In this document: positions 12,289-21,332 of the stretch, piece by piece
Layout of the letters: each line of letters begins with the position of its first letter
Position numbering within the stretch: position 1 is the stretch's first letter
From: an uncultured Gemmatimonadales bacterium
Lineage (GTDB): Bacteria; Gemmatimonadota; Gemmatimonadetes; Gemmatimonadales; GWC2-71-9
Direction: 5' to 3'
Length of the DNA: 64,000 bases
Assembly (NCBI GenBank): GCA_963798915.1
Contig: CAWCVB010000010.1
Span: 64,001-128,000 of the forward strand
The notes under the pieces: model-generated
The model's input: only the letters and a program-made list of their open reading frames with translations
Databases searched by the model: none
What the model was told of the DNA's origin: nothing
Program-made: the position numbers and the translations under genes

Positions 12289-13456
12289 TCAACCGGACCT
12301 GATAATCAACATCTGCTGAGGTTGCTCGGGCGTCACCACCGGCCCATTCTGACCCCAGTACATGTTGACCTCGCTGCGCATCCCGAATTCGCCGGCAAGG
12401 TAGATCCCGGGTTCCACCGAAAAACCGACGCCCGGCATCAGCAGCCGGTCGTCATGGGTTTCATAGTCGTCCAGGTGCGGACCGCTGCCGTGAAGGTCCC
12501 GGTCAATCGAGTGTCCCGTCCTGTGGACGAAGGATTCGCCAAACCCAGCTGCCTCAATGACTTCGCGCGCGGCGCGATCTCCGTCAGCCCCCCGCACCTC
12601 ACCGCCTTCACGGGCCCGCTCCTGGATCATGCGCGCACGCCGCATCCCGGGCCCGCCGCACCGTGTCCCAGACCCGGACCACCCGCTCAGGTGGGGTGAC
12701 CCCTGAAAACCCCATCCAGGTCTGGTCGGCGAAAACCGTATCCAGTGACTTGCCTGCCCACAAGTCGAGGAGAATGACCTGATTGGGATCCAGGGTCAGG
12801 TCCTTGCCGGCAACCGGCTCGTAATGGGGATTGGCCGCATTCGGGCCAAAGCCGACGATGGGCGGATGATCAAAGACCAGCCCTGCGGCATGGATCGCCC
12901 TGACGACTCGCTCCTGGAGCGCACTCTCGGTGAGCCCGGTGCCCGGCTGCTCCACCGCCCAGCCGAGGGCTTCATTGGCCACCTTCCTGAGCACCGCCGC
13001 TGCAAAACGGTGATCCTCCAGCTCGGTCTGGCTCCACCTGGCCGCCATTGATGTCACCAATTCGCCCGATGGTACGATGGTGGCGCCGAGGCGGGTGAGG
13101 AGCTGCACCACACCCCAGGGGACCCGGTCCAGGTACGGCACGGCGTCGTCCGGAGAGATCTCCATCGCCAGCGTCTTGCCTGCCACGATCGTGCGAAGCG
13201 CGTCGTGCAGCTCCTCCCATCGGGCGTAGGGCATCACGATGCCTTCAAAATCGGCAAACGGCTGCAGCTCGATCCGGTGCACGATCGCGACCGGGTCCCC
13301 TTCGCGGGGAAGCAGAACGAAGAGCCGCCTGGTGCCCATCCCCGAGATGCCCAGGACCCGGGAAACCACCGGGTTCACCCCGTGAAAGTCGAACAGCAGC
13401 CAGCCGTCGGCCCCGGCGCGCTGCAACCCGGCAGCCAGCGCTTCGCGATCGATCAT
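12289..13456 (-). CDS. M24 family Xaa-Pro aminopeptidase (frameshift near 12630)
   Basis: PNAANPHY, LLDLWA..FADQTW, HRTGHSID, FSVEPGIY..GEFGMRSE metal-binding motifs across two ORFs. Confidence 0.85.
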
Positions 13457-14055
13457 TCGTAGTCCTCCACCGGCGCTCCACGCCAGACACAGTCGGGGTC
13501 GCCCCGGCCCCGGCAGGCGACATGATACAGGACGCCTTCGAAGCCGGCGATGAGTCGAAGCAGTTCGCTGAAGGACGCTCCATAGAACCCGCAGGCTTCA
13601 CCGCCCGGACAGGCGCGAATCGACAGCGGGTCGCCCAGCCGCACTTCGGCTTCGGCCTCCGGAAACCGAAGCTCGGCTCCGAAGGTTTCTTTCATGATGG
13701 CGGCGGCTCCGCGCCTCGCCGCGGGACCGCCCAGCCGGGCACGTGCACGAGCGAATGACGAGGCCGCTTCGTAGCGCGCGGCCCGACGTCCCGCATCGGC
13801 AAACACCAGATCCGCGTCCGGCCGGCGTCCCACGAGGCGGAAGACGCTGACCGCCTCCTCCACCTCCACCCGCTCGGCGCGCGTGACCTGTTCCTGGTAA
13901 CGGCGGATCTGGGCAGCCACCGTGCCCGAGAGTCCCAGGCGCCGGGCGCCGAGTTCGGGCGAAATATCGCTGAGACCGTCCGCCAGCGGCGTGTCGAGGT
14001 TGCGAATGGCTTCCAGCAGGCTGAGCGGAACGGCAGCGGGAACGTCCGACGGCAT
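13453..14055 (-). CDS. V4R-domain hypothetical protein
   Basis: C-terminal C..Y...F..L....HVACRGRGDPDCVW V4R-like pattern; 4-bp overlap with the peptidase gene. Confidence 0.6.
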   Translation of the reverse strand: MPSDVPAAVPLSLLEAIRNLDTPLADGLSDISPELGARRLGLSGTVAAQIRRYQEQVTRAERVEVEEAVSVFRLVGRRPDADLVFADAGRRAARYEAASSFARARARLGGPAARRGAAAIMKETFGAELRFPEAEAEVRLGDPLSIRACPGGEACGFYGASFSELLRLIAGFEGVLYHVACRGRGDPDCVWRGAPVEDYE

Positions 14056-14107
14056 CGCGCGTGACGGCGTCAGGGGAACTCCGGCGCTGAGAGAGACGGT
14101 TGGAAGA

Positions 14108-14205
14108 CTAGACGGCTAGACGGCTAGACGGCTAGACGGCTAGACGGCTAGACGGCTAGACGCGGGAAAATTAACCGGCTAACCCACCAGCCGTCTAACC
14201 GTCTA
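14108..14205. repeat. 8-bp tandem array (CTAGACGG)x~7 with two inverted copies (CCGTCTA) downstream
   Basis: Read directly: 14108-14162 and 14191-14205. Confidence 0.9.
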
Positions 14206-14215
14206 CTTTTCCCGC

Positions 14216-14785
14216 ATGACTACTTCGACGGGTAACGAACGGACCGCGTTCGAGCAGGAAGCGCTGGCTCACCTCGACACGCTCTACCGGGCCGCGCTGC
14301 GGTTCACCGGGGATCCCAGCCGGGCCGAAGATCTGGTACAGGACACCATGTTGCGGGCGTTCAGGGCATGGACCAGCTACCGTGCGGGTTCCAACGCCCG
14401 CGCGTGGCTGCTGACCATCCTCCGCAACACGTTCATCAACGACTACCGGCGGTCCCGCCGCGAACCGGTGGCAATGGACCTGGACATTGCGGAATCGCTG
14501 GCGTTGCCAGACCCCGCGCGCGACAGCGATCCGGAAGGAGATTTCTTCTCCCGGATCGTTGACCAGAAGGTGCTCGATGCCGTTGACCATCTTCCCGTCG
14601 AATTCCGGGAAGTGCTGGTGTTGAGCGATATGGAAGGCCTTGCCTACGCCGACATCGCCGCCATGCTGGACATCCCGGTCGGTACTGTCAAGTCGCGGCT
14701 GTTCCGGGCACGGCGCCAGTTGCAGCGGGTGCTCTACGACCACGCGGTCGAGATGGGCTACATCCGCGCGAGGGAAGAGGTATGA
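14216..14785 (+). CDS. ECF sigma-70 factor (SigH/SigR-like)
   Basis: AEDLVQDTMLRAFRAW, NARAWLLTILRNTFINDYRR, YADIAAMLDIPVGTVKSRLFRAR. Confidence 0.92.
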   Translation: MTTSTGNERTAFEQEALAHLDTLYRAALRFTGDPSRAEDLVQDTMLRAFRAWTSYRAGSNARAWLLTILRNTFINDYRRSRREPVAMDLDIAESLALPDPARDSDPEGDFFSRIVDQKVLDAVDHLPVEFREVLVLSDMEGLAYADIAAMLDIPVGTVKSRLFRARRQLQRVLYDHAVEMGYIRAREEV

Positions 14786-15033
14786 GCGAGGAACGAGTCA
14801 ACTGCCGTGAGGCGCTGGAGCAGCTGCAGGATTACCTGCATCGCGAGGCGACGCCCGAGCTGGCCCGGCAGATCGAGCACCACCTGAAGGTGTGCGCGCC
14901 CTGCCTGAGCCATGCCCGCTTCGAGGAAAATTTCCAGGCGCTGCTGGGCGCCACGGCTTCCGAAATCCGCTGTCCCGACACGCTGCGCCAGCGTATCTGC
15001 GAAGCCCTCCGGCGCGCGAGCAACGAGGGCTGA
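14782..15033 (+). CDS. Zinc-binding anti-sigma factor (zf-HC2/ZAS, RsrA/RshA-like)
   Basis: C..A...L.DYL..E and HLKVCAPC (HxxxCxxC); overlaps sigma stop. Confidence 0.88.
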   Translation: MSEERVNCREALEQLQDYLHREATPELARQIEHHLKVCAPCLSHARFEENFQALLGATASEIRCPDTLRQRICEALRRASNEG

Positions 15034-15818
15034 TGAGCCCGCCGGCCGCCGTCGCCGCGGCCGGCGCCCTGGCCCTGGTCTCCGCACGGCTCCGCCTGCT
15101 GACCACCGGCGGAGGGGTCGCAGCGTTCGTGGTGGGCCTGCTCGTGCTGCTGTCGACCGGCTGGGTGGGCGGCGCGGTCCTGCTCGCCTTCTTCGTTCCT
15201 GCCAGCCTGGTGTCCCACCTTGGCCGGCCTCCGGCCGCGGGTCTCGATCCCAAGGGAGAGCAGCGCGGCGCCGTGCAGGTGCTGGCCAATGGGCTGGCTC
15301 CCGCTGCCGGTAGCACTCTGGCTGCACTGAGCGGCGCGCCTCAGCTGGCCTGGGTGATGCTCGTCACGGGCCTGGCAGTCGCCGCAGCGGATACATGGGG
15401 CACAGCCCTGGGGAGCTGGAGTCGCCGACCTCCGCGCCGCCTGCACGATTGGCGCCGTGTGCCACGGGGCGCGAGTGGCGGCGTCTCCGCGATGGGCTCC
15501 GCCGGTGCTCTGGCTGGCGCCACTCTCGTCGGGCTGGCCGGCACACTGGGGCCGCCGGGCCAGCCGGTCCTGGCGGCCGTTATCATTGGCATGGCAGGCA
15601 TGTTCCTGGACGCCATCCTGGGTGGAGCGGCGCAGGGGCGGTTCCATTGTTCGCGCTGCGACCTGCCGAGCGAATGGGCTCGGCACCGTTGCGGAGCGGA
15701 CACTCTTCACGTGGGAGGAATCCGATGGCTCAACAACGATGCCGTGAACGCCATCGCAACGGCGGTGGGCACGGCGGCCGGCATCGGCTGGTGGGTGCTG
15801 TCCGCGCGTTGGCCGTGA
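15033..15818 (+). CDS. DUF92 integral membrane protein
   Basis: PKGEQRGAVQVLANG, AADTWGTALG, GASGGVSAMGS, DAILGG..Q, WLNNDAVN. Confidence 0.85.
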   Translation: MSPPAAVAAAGALALVSARLRLLTTGGGVAAFVVGLLVLLSTGWVGGAVLLAFFVPASLVSHLGRPPAAGLDPKGEQRGAVQVLANGLAPAAGSTLAALSGAPQLAWVMLVTGLAVAAADTWGTALGSWSRRPPRRLHDWRRVPRGASGGVSAMGSAGALAGATLVGLAGTLGPPGQPVLAAVIIGMAGMFLDAILGGAAQGRFHCSRCDLPSEWARHRCGADTLHVGGIRWLNNDAVNAIATAVGTAAGIGWWVLSARWP

Positions 15819-16231
15819 TGGTGCTGGCCGCCTGCAGTTCACCCGAGACAACCGCCCCGTCGCAGCAGGCTCCGCCGCTGGATTTTCCGGCCGGGAGCTC
15901 CGGCGGCGGACAGGTCAATGAAACGTCGGCACTGGTCGGCACCTGGCAGAGATTTGACGTGTTCTCGCCCGATAGCGGCGACGACCTCGTCACCCAGACC
16001 ACTCAGTGGCAGTTCGATGCCGCCGGCGGCTGCCAGCGCGTGATCACGACAACGTCTGCCGTGGAAGGAATTCCTCGCACCACTATCCGGGATTGCACTT
16101 TCACCCTCGGCGTCCAGGAGATCACCTTGAGCTGGAGTGATGGCGCCGTGCAGACCTTCACGCTCACCTTCGCCGCCTTCGACCCCGACCGGCTGGTCCT
16201 GGATGGCTTCGAGTATCAACGACTCAGCTGA
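15791..16231 (+). CDS. Lipoprotein, lipocalin-like fold possible
   Basis: Lipobox VLAAC; 'LVGTW' motif; start codon uncertain (GTG 15791 or ATG 15818). Confidence 0.6.
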   Translation: MGAVRALAVMVLAACSSPETTAPSQQAPPLDFPAGSSGGGQVNETSALVGTWQRFDVFSPDSGDDLVTQTTQWQFDAAGGCQRVITTTSAVEGIPRTTIRDCTFTLGVQEITLSWSDGAVQTFTLTFAAFDPDRLVLDGFEYQRLS

Positions 16232-17426
16232 TGTCCTGATTGTCGGGGCCGGTCCGGCCGGTGCCGCCAGCGCCATCCTGCTCGCGCGCGCCGGCTGCCG
16301 GGTCGCCCTGGTGGACCGCGCCCACTTCCCGCGTCCAAAGCCCTGTTCCGAATTCATCAGTCCTGAGGGTGCCCGGGTGCTGGACCGCCTGGGTGTCCTC
16401 GAGACACTGGAGCAAGGCGACGCGGGGCAGCTCGATGGCGTCACCGTGCACGCCCCGGGCGGCAGCCGGCTCACCGGCCTGTTTGCGCAGGCCGCCGTCC
16501 TGCCCTGGCGCGGCTCGGGTCTGAGCATCCGCCGTACGCTGCTGGATACTGCCCTGGTGGACGCTGCCCGGCGGGAAGGAGTTGCCGTCAGCGAAGGTCT
16601 GGCCTGCACGCATCTGCTGCACACCGGCGGCGCGGTCTCCGGGGCGAGCTTTCGTGACGCTGCTGGAGAGGAGCACCAGATCCGCGCCCGCCTGACCGTC
16701 GGGGCGGATGGCCTGCGCTCCCGTGTGTCGCGTGGCATTGGCTTGACCCGGCGCGGCCGGTTACGCCGCTACGCCTTCACCACCCATATGCGCCACGTGC
16801 GAGTGACTCCAGGACAGGCCGAGATGTTCGTCTGGGGCGATGGCTACGGCGGCATCAATGCGGTTGGCGGTGGGCTCACAAACGTGGCGCTGGTGGTCCG
16901 AGCCGAGGCGGCGGCGGTTGCGCGCGGTAATCCGGCCGGATTTCTCGAAGCGCAGTGCCGGCGCGATCCACGCCTGCGTGCGCGGCTCGAGGACGCGGTC
17001 GTCGCCGCTCCCGTCTTCGCCACGGGACCGTTTGACGTCAGTGCCACCCGGGTGACGGCGGACGGGGCTGTACTCGTGGGTGACGCCGCCGACTTTCTCG
17101 ATCCATTCACCGGCGATGGAATTGTCAGCGCATTGCGCGGCGCAGAATTCCTGGCGGCTGTCGTTCCGGCCGCGCTGGATGGCACCGGCAGTGTACGCGC
17201 GAGCCAGCTCGAGCCCTACCGCCGGGCCCGTCGCGCCTTCATCGGCAAGCGCACCGTCGCCCGCCTCATTGCACACGCGATGAACTTTCCCTGGCTGTTC
17301 GACCGGCTGGTCGCCCGCCTCGGCGGTCGCGCGAACATGGCACACACCCTGGTGGGCGTGACGGGAGAGTTCGTCCCGGCGTGCGCCGTACTGAACCCTG
17401 CCTTCCTCGGGCGCCTGGTCTTCTGA
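16203..17426 (+). CDS. FAD/NAD(P)-dependent oxidoreductase, geranylgeranyl-reductase-like
   Basis: DVLIVGAGPAG, FPRPKPCSEF, VGADGLRS, LVGDAADFLDPFTGDGI. Confidence 0.88.
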   Translation: MASSINDSADVLIVGAGPAGAASAILLARAGCRVALVDRAHFPRPKPCSEFISPEGARVLDRLGVLETLEQGDAGQLDGVTVHAPGGSRLTGLFAQAAVLPWRGSGLSIRRTLLDTALVDAARREGVAVSEGLACTHLLHTGGAVSGASFRDAAGEEHQIRARLTVGADGLRSRVSRGIGLTRRGRLRRYAFTTHMRHVRVTPGQAEMFVWGDGYGGINAVGGGLTNVALVVRAEAAAVARGNPAGFLEAQCRRDPRLRARLEDAVVAAPVFATGPFDVSATRVTADGAVLVGDAADFLDPFTGDGIVSALRGAEFLAAVVPAALDGTGSVRASQLEPYRRARRAFIGKRTVARLIAHAMNFPWLFDRLVARLGGRANMAHTLVGVTGEFVPACAVLNPAFLGRLVF

Positions 17427-17911
17427 TGACGCCACCTCCCGACGCCAGCCCGTCGCTCTTCCGCGAGTTGCTCGGCCGCTTTGCGACCGGCGTCACCGTC
17501 ATCACCGCCACGAGCGACGACGGTGCGCCGCGCGGGATGACGGCAAGCAGCCTGGCCTCCGTGTCCCTCATTCCGCCGTTGATTTCCGTCTGCATCGAAC
17601 ATGACGCCGACCTGCACGACCTGCTGCATCAGGCGCCGCGATTTGCCCTGAACATCCTCGCCGAGGACCAGGAGGAGCTGTCCCGCCGGTTTGCCGGCTC
17701 GCAGCTGGCATCGTTTGATGGCGTGGGCTATCACACCAGCGAGAACGGCCAGATTCTCCTGGATGGCGCCGTGGCGCACATCGAGTGCGAGCAGACGGCG
17801 GCGCACGATGCGGGCGACCACACCATACTGATCGGCCGGGTGATCGGCGGCGGGGCGCGCGATGCCCGGCCCCTGCTCTACTTCCGCGGCGGATACGCCT
17901 CGCTCGGCTGA
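17426..17911 (+). CDS. Flavin reductase family protein
   Basis: FRELLGRFATGVTVIT, GMTASSLASVSLIPP, AGDHTILIGRV, PLLYFRGGY. Confidence 0.92.
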   Translation: MTPPPDASPSLFRELLGRFATGVTVITATSDDGAPRGMTASSLASVSLIPPLISVCIEHDADLHDLLHQAPRFALNILAEDQEELSRRFAGSQLASFDGVGYHTSENGQILLDGAVAHIECEQTAAHDAGDHTILIGRVIGGGARDARPLLYFRGGYASLG

Positions 17912-18600
17912 TGGGCCTTACCCTGAATCCTGCCGGCGCGGAACTGCTGGATCGCCCCGATGCCAATCCTGGCCTGGTCCGCCAGTCGCTCCAGAATATT
18001 GCGCGGGCCAACCGCTGGTTCGGCGGAAGCTGGGCCGTACGGTGGGGCGTTGGACGCGCCCTGGCCTCGCTGCCGCCGGGGACCCGGCTGCTGCTGCTCG
18101 ACGCAGGCGCCGGTGTCGGCGACCTGGCCGGCGAAGCTGAGCGCACTGGCCGCCGCCATGGCATGGCGCTCACCGCCTGGTGTGTCGATCGCCACCGTGA
18201 GGCCGCTCGGCTGGCGGCCGCCAATGCGCATGTGTCGCTGCAAGCGGATGCCGGCGATCTCCCGCTGCCCGCCCGCTCCGTCGATATTGTCCTGCTGAGC
18301 CAGCTGCTCCATCACTTCAGCCCGTCGTCCGCGGCAGTGCTGCTCCAGGAGGCCGCTCGCGTGGCCCGTCACAGTGTCATCGTGGCCGATCTGCGGCGCT
18401 CTTGGCTGGCAGCACTGGCCTTCCGGTTCGGCGCTCGCCTGCTTCGGTTCGACGCTGTCACCATCGAGGACGGACTGACATCGCTCCGCAGGGGCTTCAA
18501 TCGTGATGAACTCGCTGCAGTGTTCGCGGCTGCCGGACTGCAGGCAACGGTGACGCGCCGGCCCGGCTGGCGTCTCGTCGCGCTGGCAAGCGTGGCGTGA
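17911..18600 (+). CDS. Class I SAM-dependent methyltransferase
   Basis: ELLD, NIARANRWFGG, LLDAGAGVGD, DIVLLSQLLHHF, DLRRS, DGLTSLRRGF. Confidence 0.85.
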   Translation: MGLTLNPAGAELLDRPDANPGLVRQSLQNIARANRWFGGSWAVRWGVGRALASLPPGTRLLLLDAGAGVGDLAGEAERTGRRHGMALTAWCVDRHREAARLAAANAHVSLQADAGDLPLPARSVDIVLLSQLLHHFSPSSAAVLLQEAARVARHSVIVADLRRSWLAALAFRFGARLLRFDAVTIEDGLTSLRRGFNRDELAAVFAAAGLQATVTRRPGWRLVALASVA

Positions 18601-19088
18601 GAACGGTGGATGAGTGCCATATCGCCGCCCCGGTCGAGGCGGTCTTCAGCGCAGCCTGCGAGGTTGCCGCCTGGCCTCGCCTCCTCTCGCACTACCGCAA
18701 GGTGACCGTGAAGCCGCACGAGGCGGACGGCAGCGCCGAGGTCGAAATGGCCGCGTGGCGCCCGTTCGGCCTGGGTCGATGGCCGGTCTGGTGGGTGGCG
18801 GAGATGAGGATCGATGACCCTGCGAAGACGGTGACCTACCGCCACATCAGGGGAATCACGACAGGGATGGATGTCGTCTGGCGGGTGGTGGCTGGCGAGC
18901 ACGGGACCGACGTCTCCATTGAGCACACCTGGCGCGGGCCTGGCTGGCCCCTGATCGGGCGAGTCGCCGCGGACATGGTCATCGGTCCAGTATTCATTCA
19001 CGGAATAGCGTCGCGTACCCTGGCCGGGCTTGCGGCGGTGTTGGAGACGCAGGTCCGCCATGGCGAGATCGCCGTGCGGCAACGGTAG
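18597..19088 (+). CDS. SRPBCC/START polyketide cyclase-dehydrase family protein
   Basis: IAAPVEAVF....V..WP..L.HYR, TYRHIRGITTGMDVVW. Confidence 0.8.
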   Translation: MRTVDECHIAAPVEAVFSAACEVAAWPRLLSHYRKVTVKPHEADGSAEVEMAAWRPFGLGRWPVWWVAEMRIDDPAKTVTYRHIRGITTGMDVVWRVVAGEHGTDVSIEHTWRGPGWPLIGRVAADMVIGPVFIHGIASRTLAGLAAVLETQVRHGEIAVRQR

Positions 19089-19112
19089 GGCCGGCTCGCG
19101 GGCCGGCCCTAC
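19085..19112 (+). repeat. GTAG-type REP-like palindrome overlapping TAG stop
   Basis: GTAGGGCCGGC-TCGCGG-GCCGGCCCTAC, perfect 11-bp stem. Confidence 0.6.
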
Positions 19113-19142
19113 GCATCCACGTTTGGAATCAGGAATCCACAG

Positions 19143-20387
19143 ATGACCGCATTACGCCGCGTCGTTGTCACTGGCATCGGGGCAATCACGCCCATCGGCA
19201 TCGGCCGGAGCGGATTGACGGCCGGCCTCCGGGCCGGCCGGTCTGCCGTCCGGCCAATCACCAGGTTCGATCCCGCTCCCTTTCATTCCCAGATCGCCGC
19301 TGAAGTGACCGACTTCTTCGCCAACGATCACATCGAGGCGCGGAAGGTCAAGCGGCTCGACCGCTTCTCGCAATTCAGCGTCGCAGCGGCGCGGCTCGCG
19401 CTGACCGACGCAGAGCTCGATCTGGGCCGCGAAGATTCTGACCGGGTCGGTGCAATGATGGGCACCGCACTCGGCGGCGTGGCACACGGCGAGGCGCAGT
19501 CCCGGAAGTTCTATGCTGAGGGGCCGCGAGCCGTGGACCCGGGCCTGGCCCTCACGGTCTTTGCCGGCGCGGCAAGCTGCAATATCGCCATCGAATTCGG
19601 GGTCTGCGGACCCAATGCCACCAACGGCATGAGCTGCGCTTCCGGAACGATCGCGATCGGCGAGGCATTCCGGGCCATCGCCCTGGGGGATGCCGACGTG
19701 ATGATCGCGGGCGGCGCCGAGGCGCCGCTGGCCCCGCTGTGCTTCGGCGCGTTTGCCATCATCCGCGCCATGTCGACGCGCAACGATGACCCGTCCCATG
19801 CCAGCCGGCCATTCGATGTGGCGCGCGACGGCTTTGTCATGGGAGAAGGCGCGGCGATCCTCATTCTTGAGGAACGCTCCCGAGCCATCGCGCGAGGCGC
19901 CCCCATCTACGTTGAACTCTGCGGCTATGGATTGACCAACGATGCCCATCACATGACGGCGCCTCGTCCCGATGGCCGGCAGGCCGCCCGCGCCATGCGG
20001 CTGGCCCTGGGGCACGTGGCGCCAGCCGAGGTTGGTTACGTCAACGCGCATGGCTCCTCCACGCCGCTCAACGATCCTACCGAAAGCTCCTCGGTGCGGC
20101 AGGTATTCGGTGACCACGTGGCGGCACTGCCGGTCAGTGGCACCAAGGGCTACTATGGCCACGCTCTCGGCGCGAGCGGCGCCATCGAGGCGGCCATCTG
20201 TGCCCTGGCGAGCCGGGAGCGCTGGCTGCCGCCGACCGTCAACCTGGACGTGGCCGATCCCGCCTGCGACCTCAACCATGTTCGCGGCGCGGGACAGGAT
20301 GCCGATCCCGAGTACCTGCTGAGCAATTCCTTCGGCTTTGGCGGCATCAACGCGGCCCTGCTGTTTCGCCACGCCGACGGCCGCTGA
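19143..20387 (+). CDS. fabF: Beta-ketoacyl-ACP synthase II-like ketosynthase
   Basis: RRVVVTGIG, catalytic GMSCASG, DGFVMGEGA, NAHGSST, KGYYGHALGA, SNSFGFGG. Confidence 0.88.
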   Translation: MTALRRVVVTGIGAITPIGIGRSGLTAGLRAGRSAVRPITRFDPAPFHSQIAAEVTDFFANDHIEARKVKRLDRFSQFSVAAARLALTDAELDLGREDSDRVGAMMGTALGGVAHGEAQSRKFYAEGPRAVDPGLALTVFAGAASCNIAIEFGVCGPNATNGMSCASGTIAIGEAFRAIALGDADVMIAGGAEAPLAPLCFGAFAIIRAMSTRNDDPSHASRPFDVARDGFVMGEGAAILILEERSRAIARGAPIYVELCGYGLTNDAHHMTAPRPDGRQAARAMRLALGHVAPAEVGYVNAHGSSTPLNDPTESSSVRQVFGDHVAALPVSGTKGYYGHALGASGAIEAAICALASRERWLPPTVNLDVADPACDLNHVRGAGQDADPEYLLSNSFGFGGINAALLFRHADGR

Positions 20388-20453
20388 GCGCTTGTCCCTC
20401 GGCCCGGTCGCCCGTAGATTCGCCCCGACTCAACCTTCTCGCGAGGTCACTGC

Positions 20454-21158
20454 ATGCGCGGTCTCAGTCGTCGGTTCGTCGCCGAGATGCTCGGCACATT
20501 CACGCTGGTGTACTTCGGCAGTGCGGCGGTCATCGCCAATGCCTATCCGGGGGCCGGCTTCGGGCTGCTCGGCATCGCACTGGTGCACGCACTGGCTCTT
20601 TCCATCGGCGTGACTGCGACCATGAACATTTCGGGCGGCCACCTCAACCCGGCCGTGACCATCGGGCTGCTGGCCGGCCGGCGGGTGGACTTCACGACGG
20701 CCCTGGTGCATCTCGCCGCGCAGGTGGCGGCGGCGCTGCTGGCAGCCTTGGCGCTCAAGGCCTCATTTCCGCACGGCGTGGCCAAGGTCGTCGGCTATGG
20801 TGTGCCCCAGCTCAACATCAACATCTCCATGGGCCAGGGCATCTTCCTGGAGGCCATCGGCGCCTTCTTCCTGGTGAGCGCGGTGTACGGCACCGCCGTC
20901 GCGCCGACCGCCCCGAAGGTGGGAGGCTTCGGCATCGGCCTCTCGCTGGTCTTCATCATCATGGCCCTCGGCCCGCTGACGGGTGCCGCGGTGAACCCGG
21001 CACGCGCGTTGGGACCGGCAATCGCATCGGGACAGTGGACCGCCCAGCTTGCCTATTGGATTGGCCCCATCCTGGGCGGAGTGCTGGCGGCGCTGGTGTG
21101 GGAGTTTTTCCTGATGGGCCGGCGTGGTGAGGAAGAGCACCTGAGGGCTGAAGGCTGA
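20454..21158 (+). CDS. MIP family aquaporin
   Basis: ISGGHLNPAVT and VNPARALGPA (two NPA motifs). Confidence 0.93.
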   Translation: MRGLSRRFVAEMLGTFTLVYFGSAAVIANAYPGAGFGLLGIALVHALALSIGVTATMNISGGHLNPAVTIGLLAGRRVDFTTALVHLAAQVAAALLAALALKASFPHGVAKVVGYGVPQLNINISMGQGIFLEAIGAFFLVSAVYGTAVAPTAPKVGGFGIGLSLVFIIMALGPLTGAAVNPARALGPAIASGQWTAQLAYWIGPILGGVLAALVWEFFLMGRRGEEEHLRAEG

Positions 21159-21232
21159 AGGCTGAGGGCTGAAGGCTGAAGGCGAGAAGGTGCGCTTTCA
21201 GCCTTCAGCTTTTTGCCTTTGGCTTTCAGCCC
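21141..21232. repeat. Inverted heptamer arrays (CTGARGG)n / (CYTTCAG)n between convergent genes
   Basis: Read directly; overlaps 3' ends of aquaporin and ccmD-like genes. Confidence 0.8.
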
Positions 21233-21332
21233 GCACCCTCATCCCCAACCTCACCCAGTATCCCACCAGCACCACCGCCGTGATGACATAGGCCGCCACC
21301 ATGTATCCGCCGTTCTGCGGCGTCTCATGCAT
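21198..21332 (-). CDS. ccmD: Heme exporter protein D-like small membrane protein (44 aa)
   Basis: MHETPQNGGYMVAAYVITAVVLVGYWVRLGMRVR...: Y-V-x-AY motif, one TM helix, basic tail, directly after ccmC; absent from ORF track. Confidence 0.65.
   Translation of the reverse strand: MHETPQNGGYMVAAYVITAVVLVGYWVRLGMRVRAESQRQKAEG

Noticed and set aside
13453..14055. bchJ as evidence of phototrophy
   Set aside because: Only a generic V4R pattern; no bch/puf/crt genes nearby
18597..20387. Canonical type II aromatic PKS
   Set aside because: Only one KS; no chain-length factor or ACP in the window
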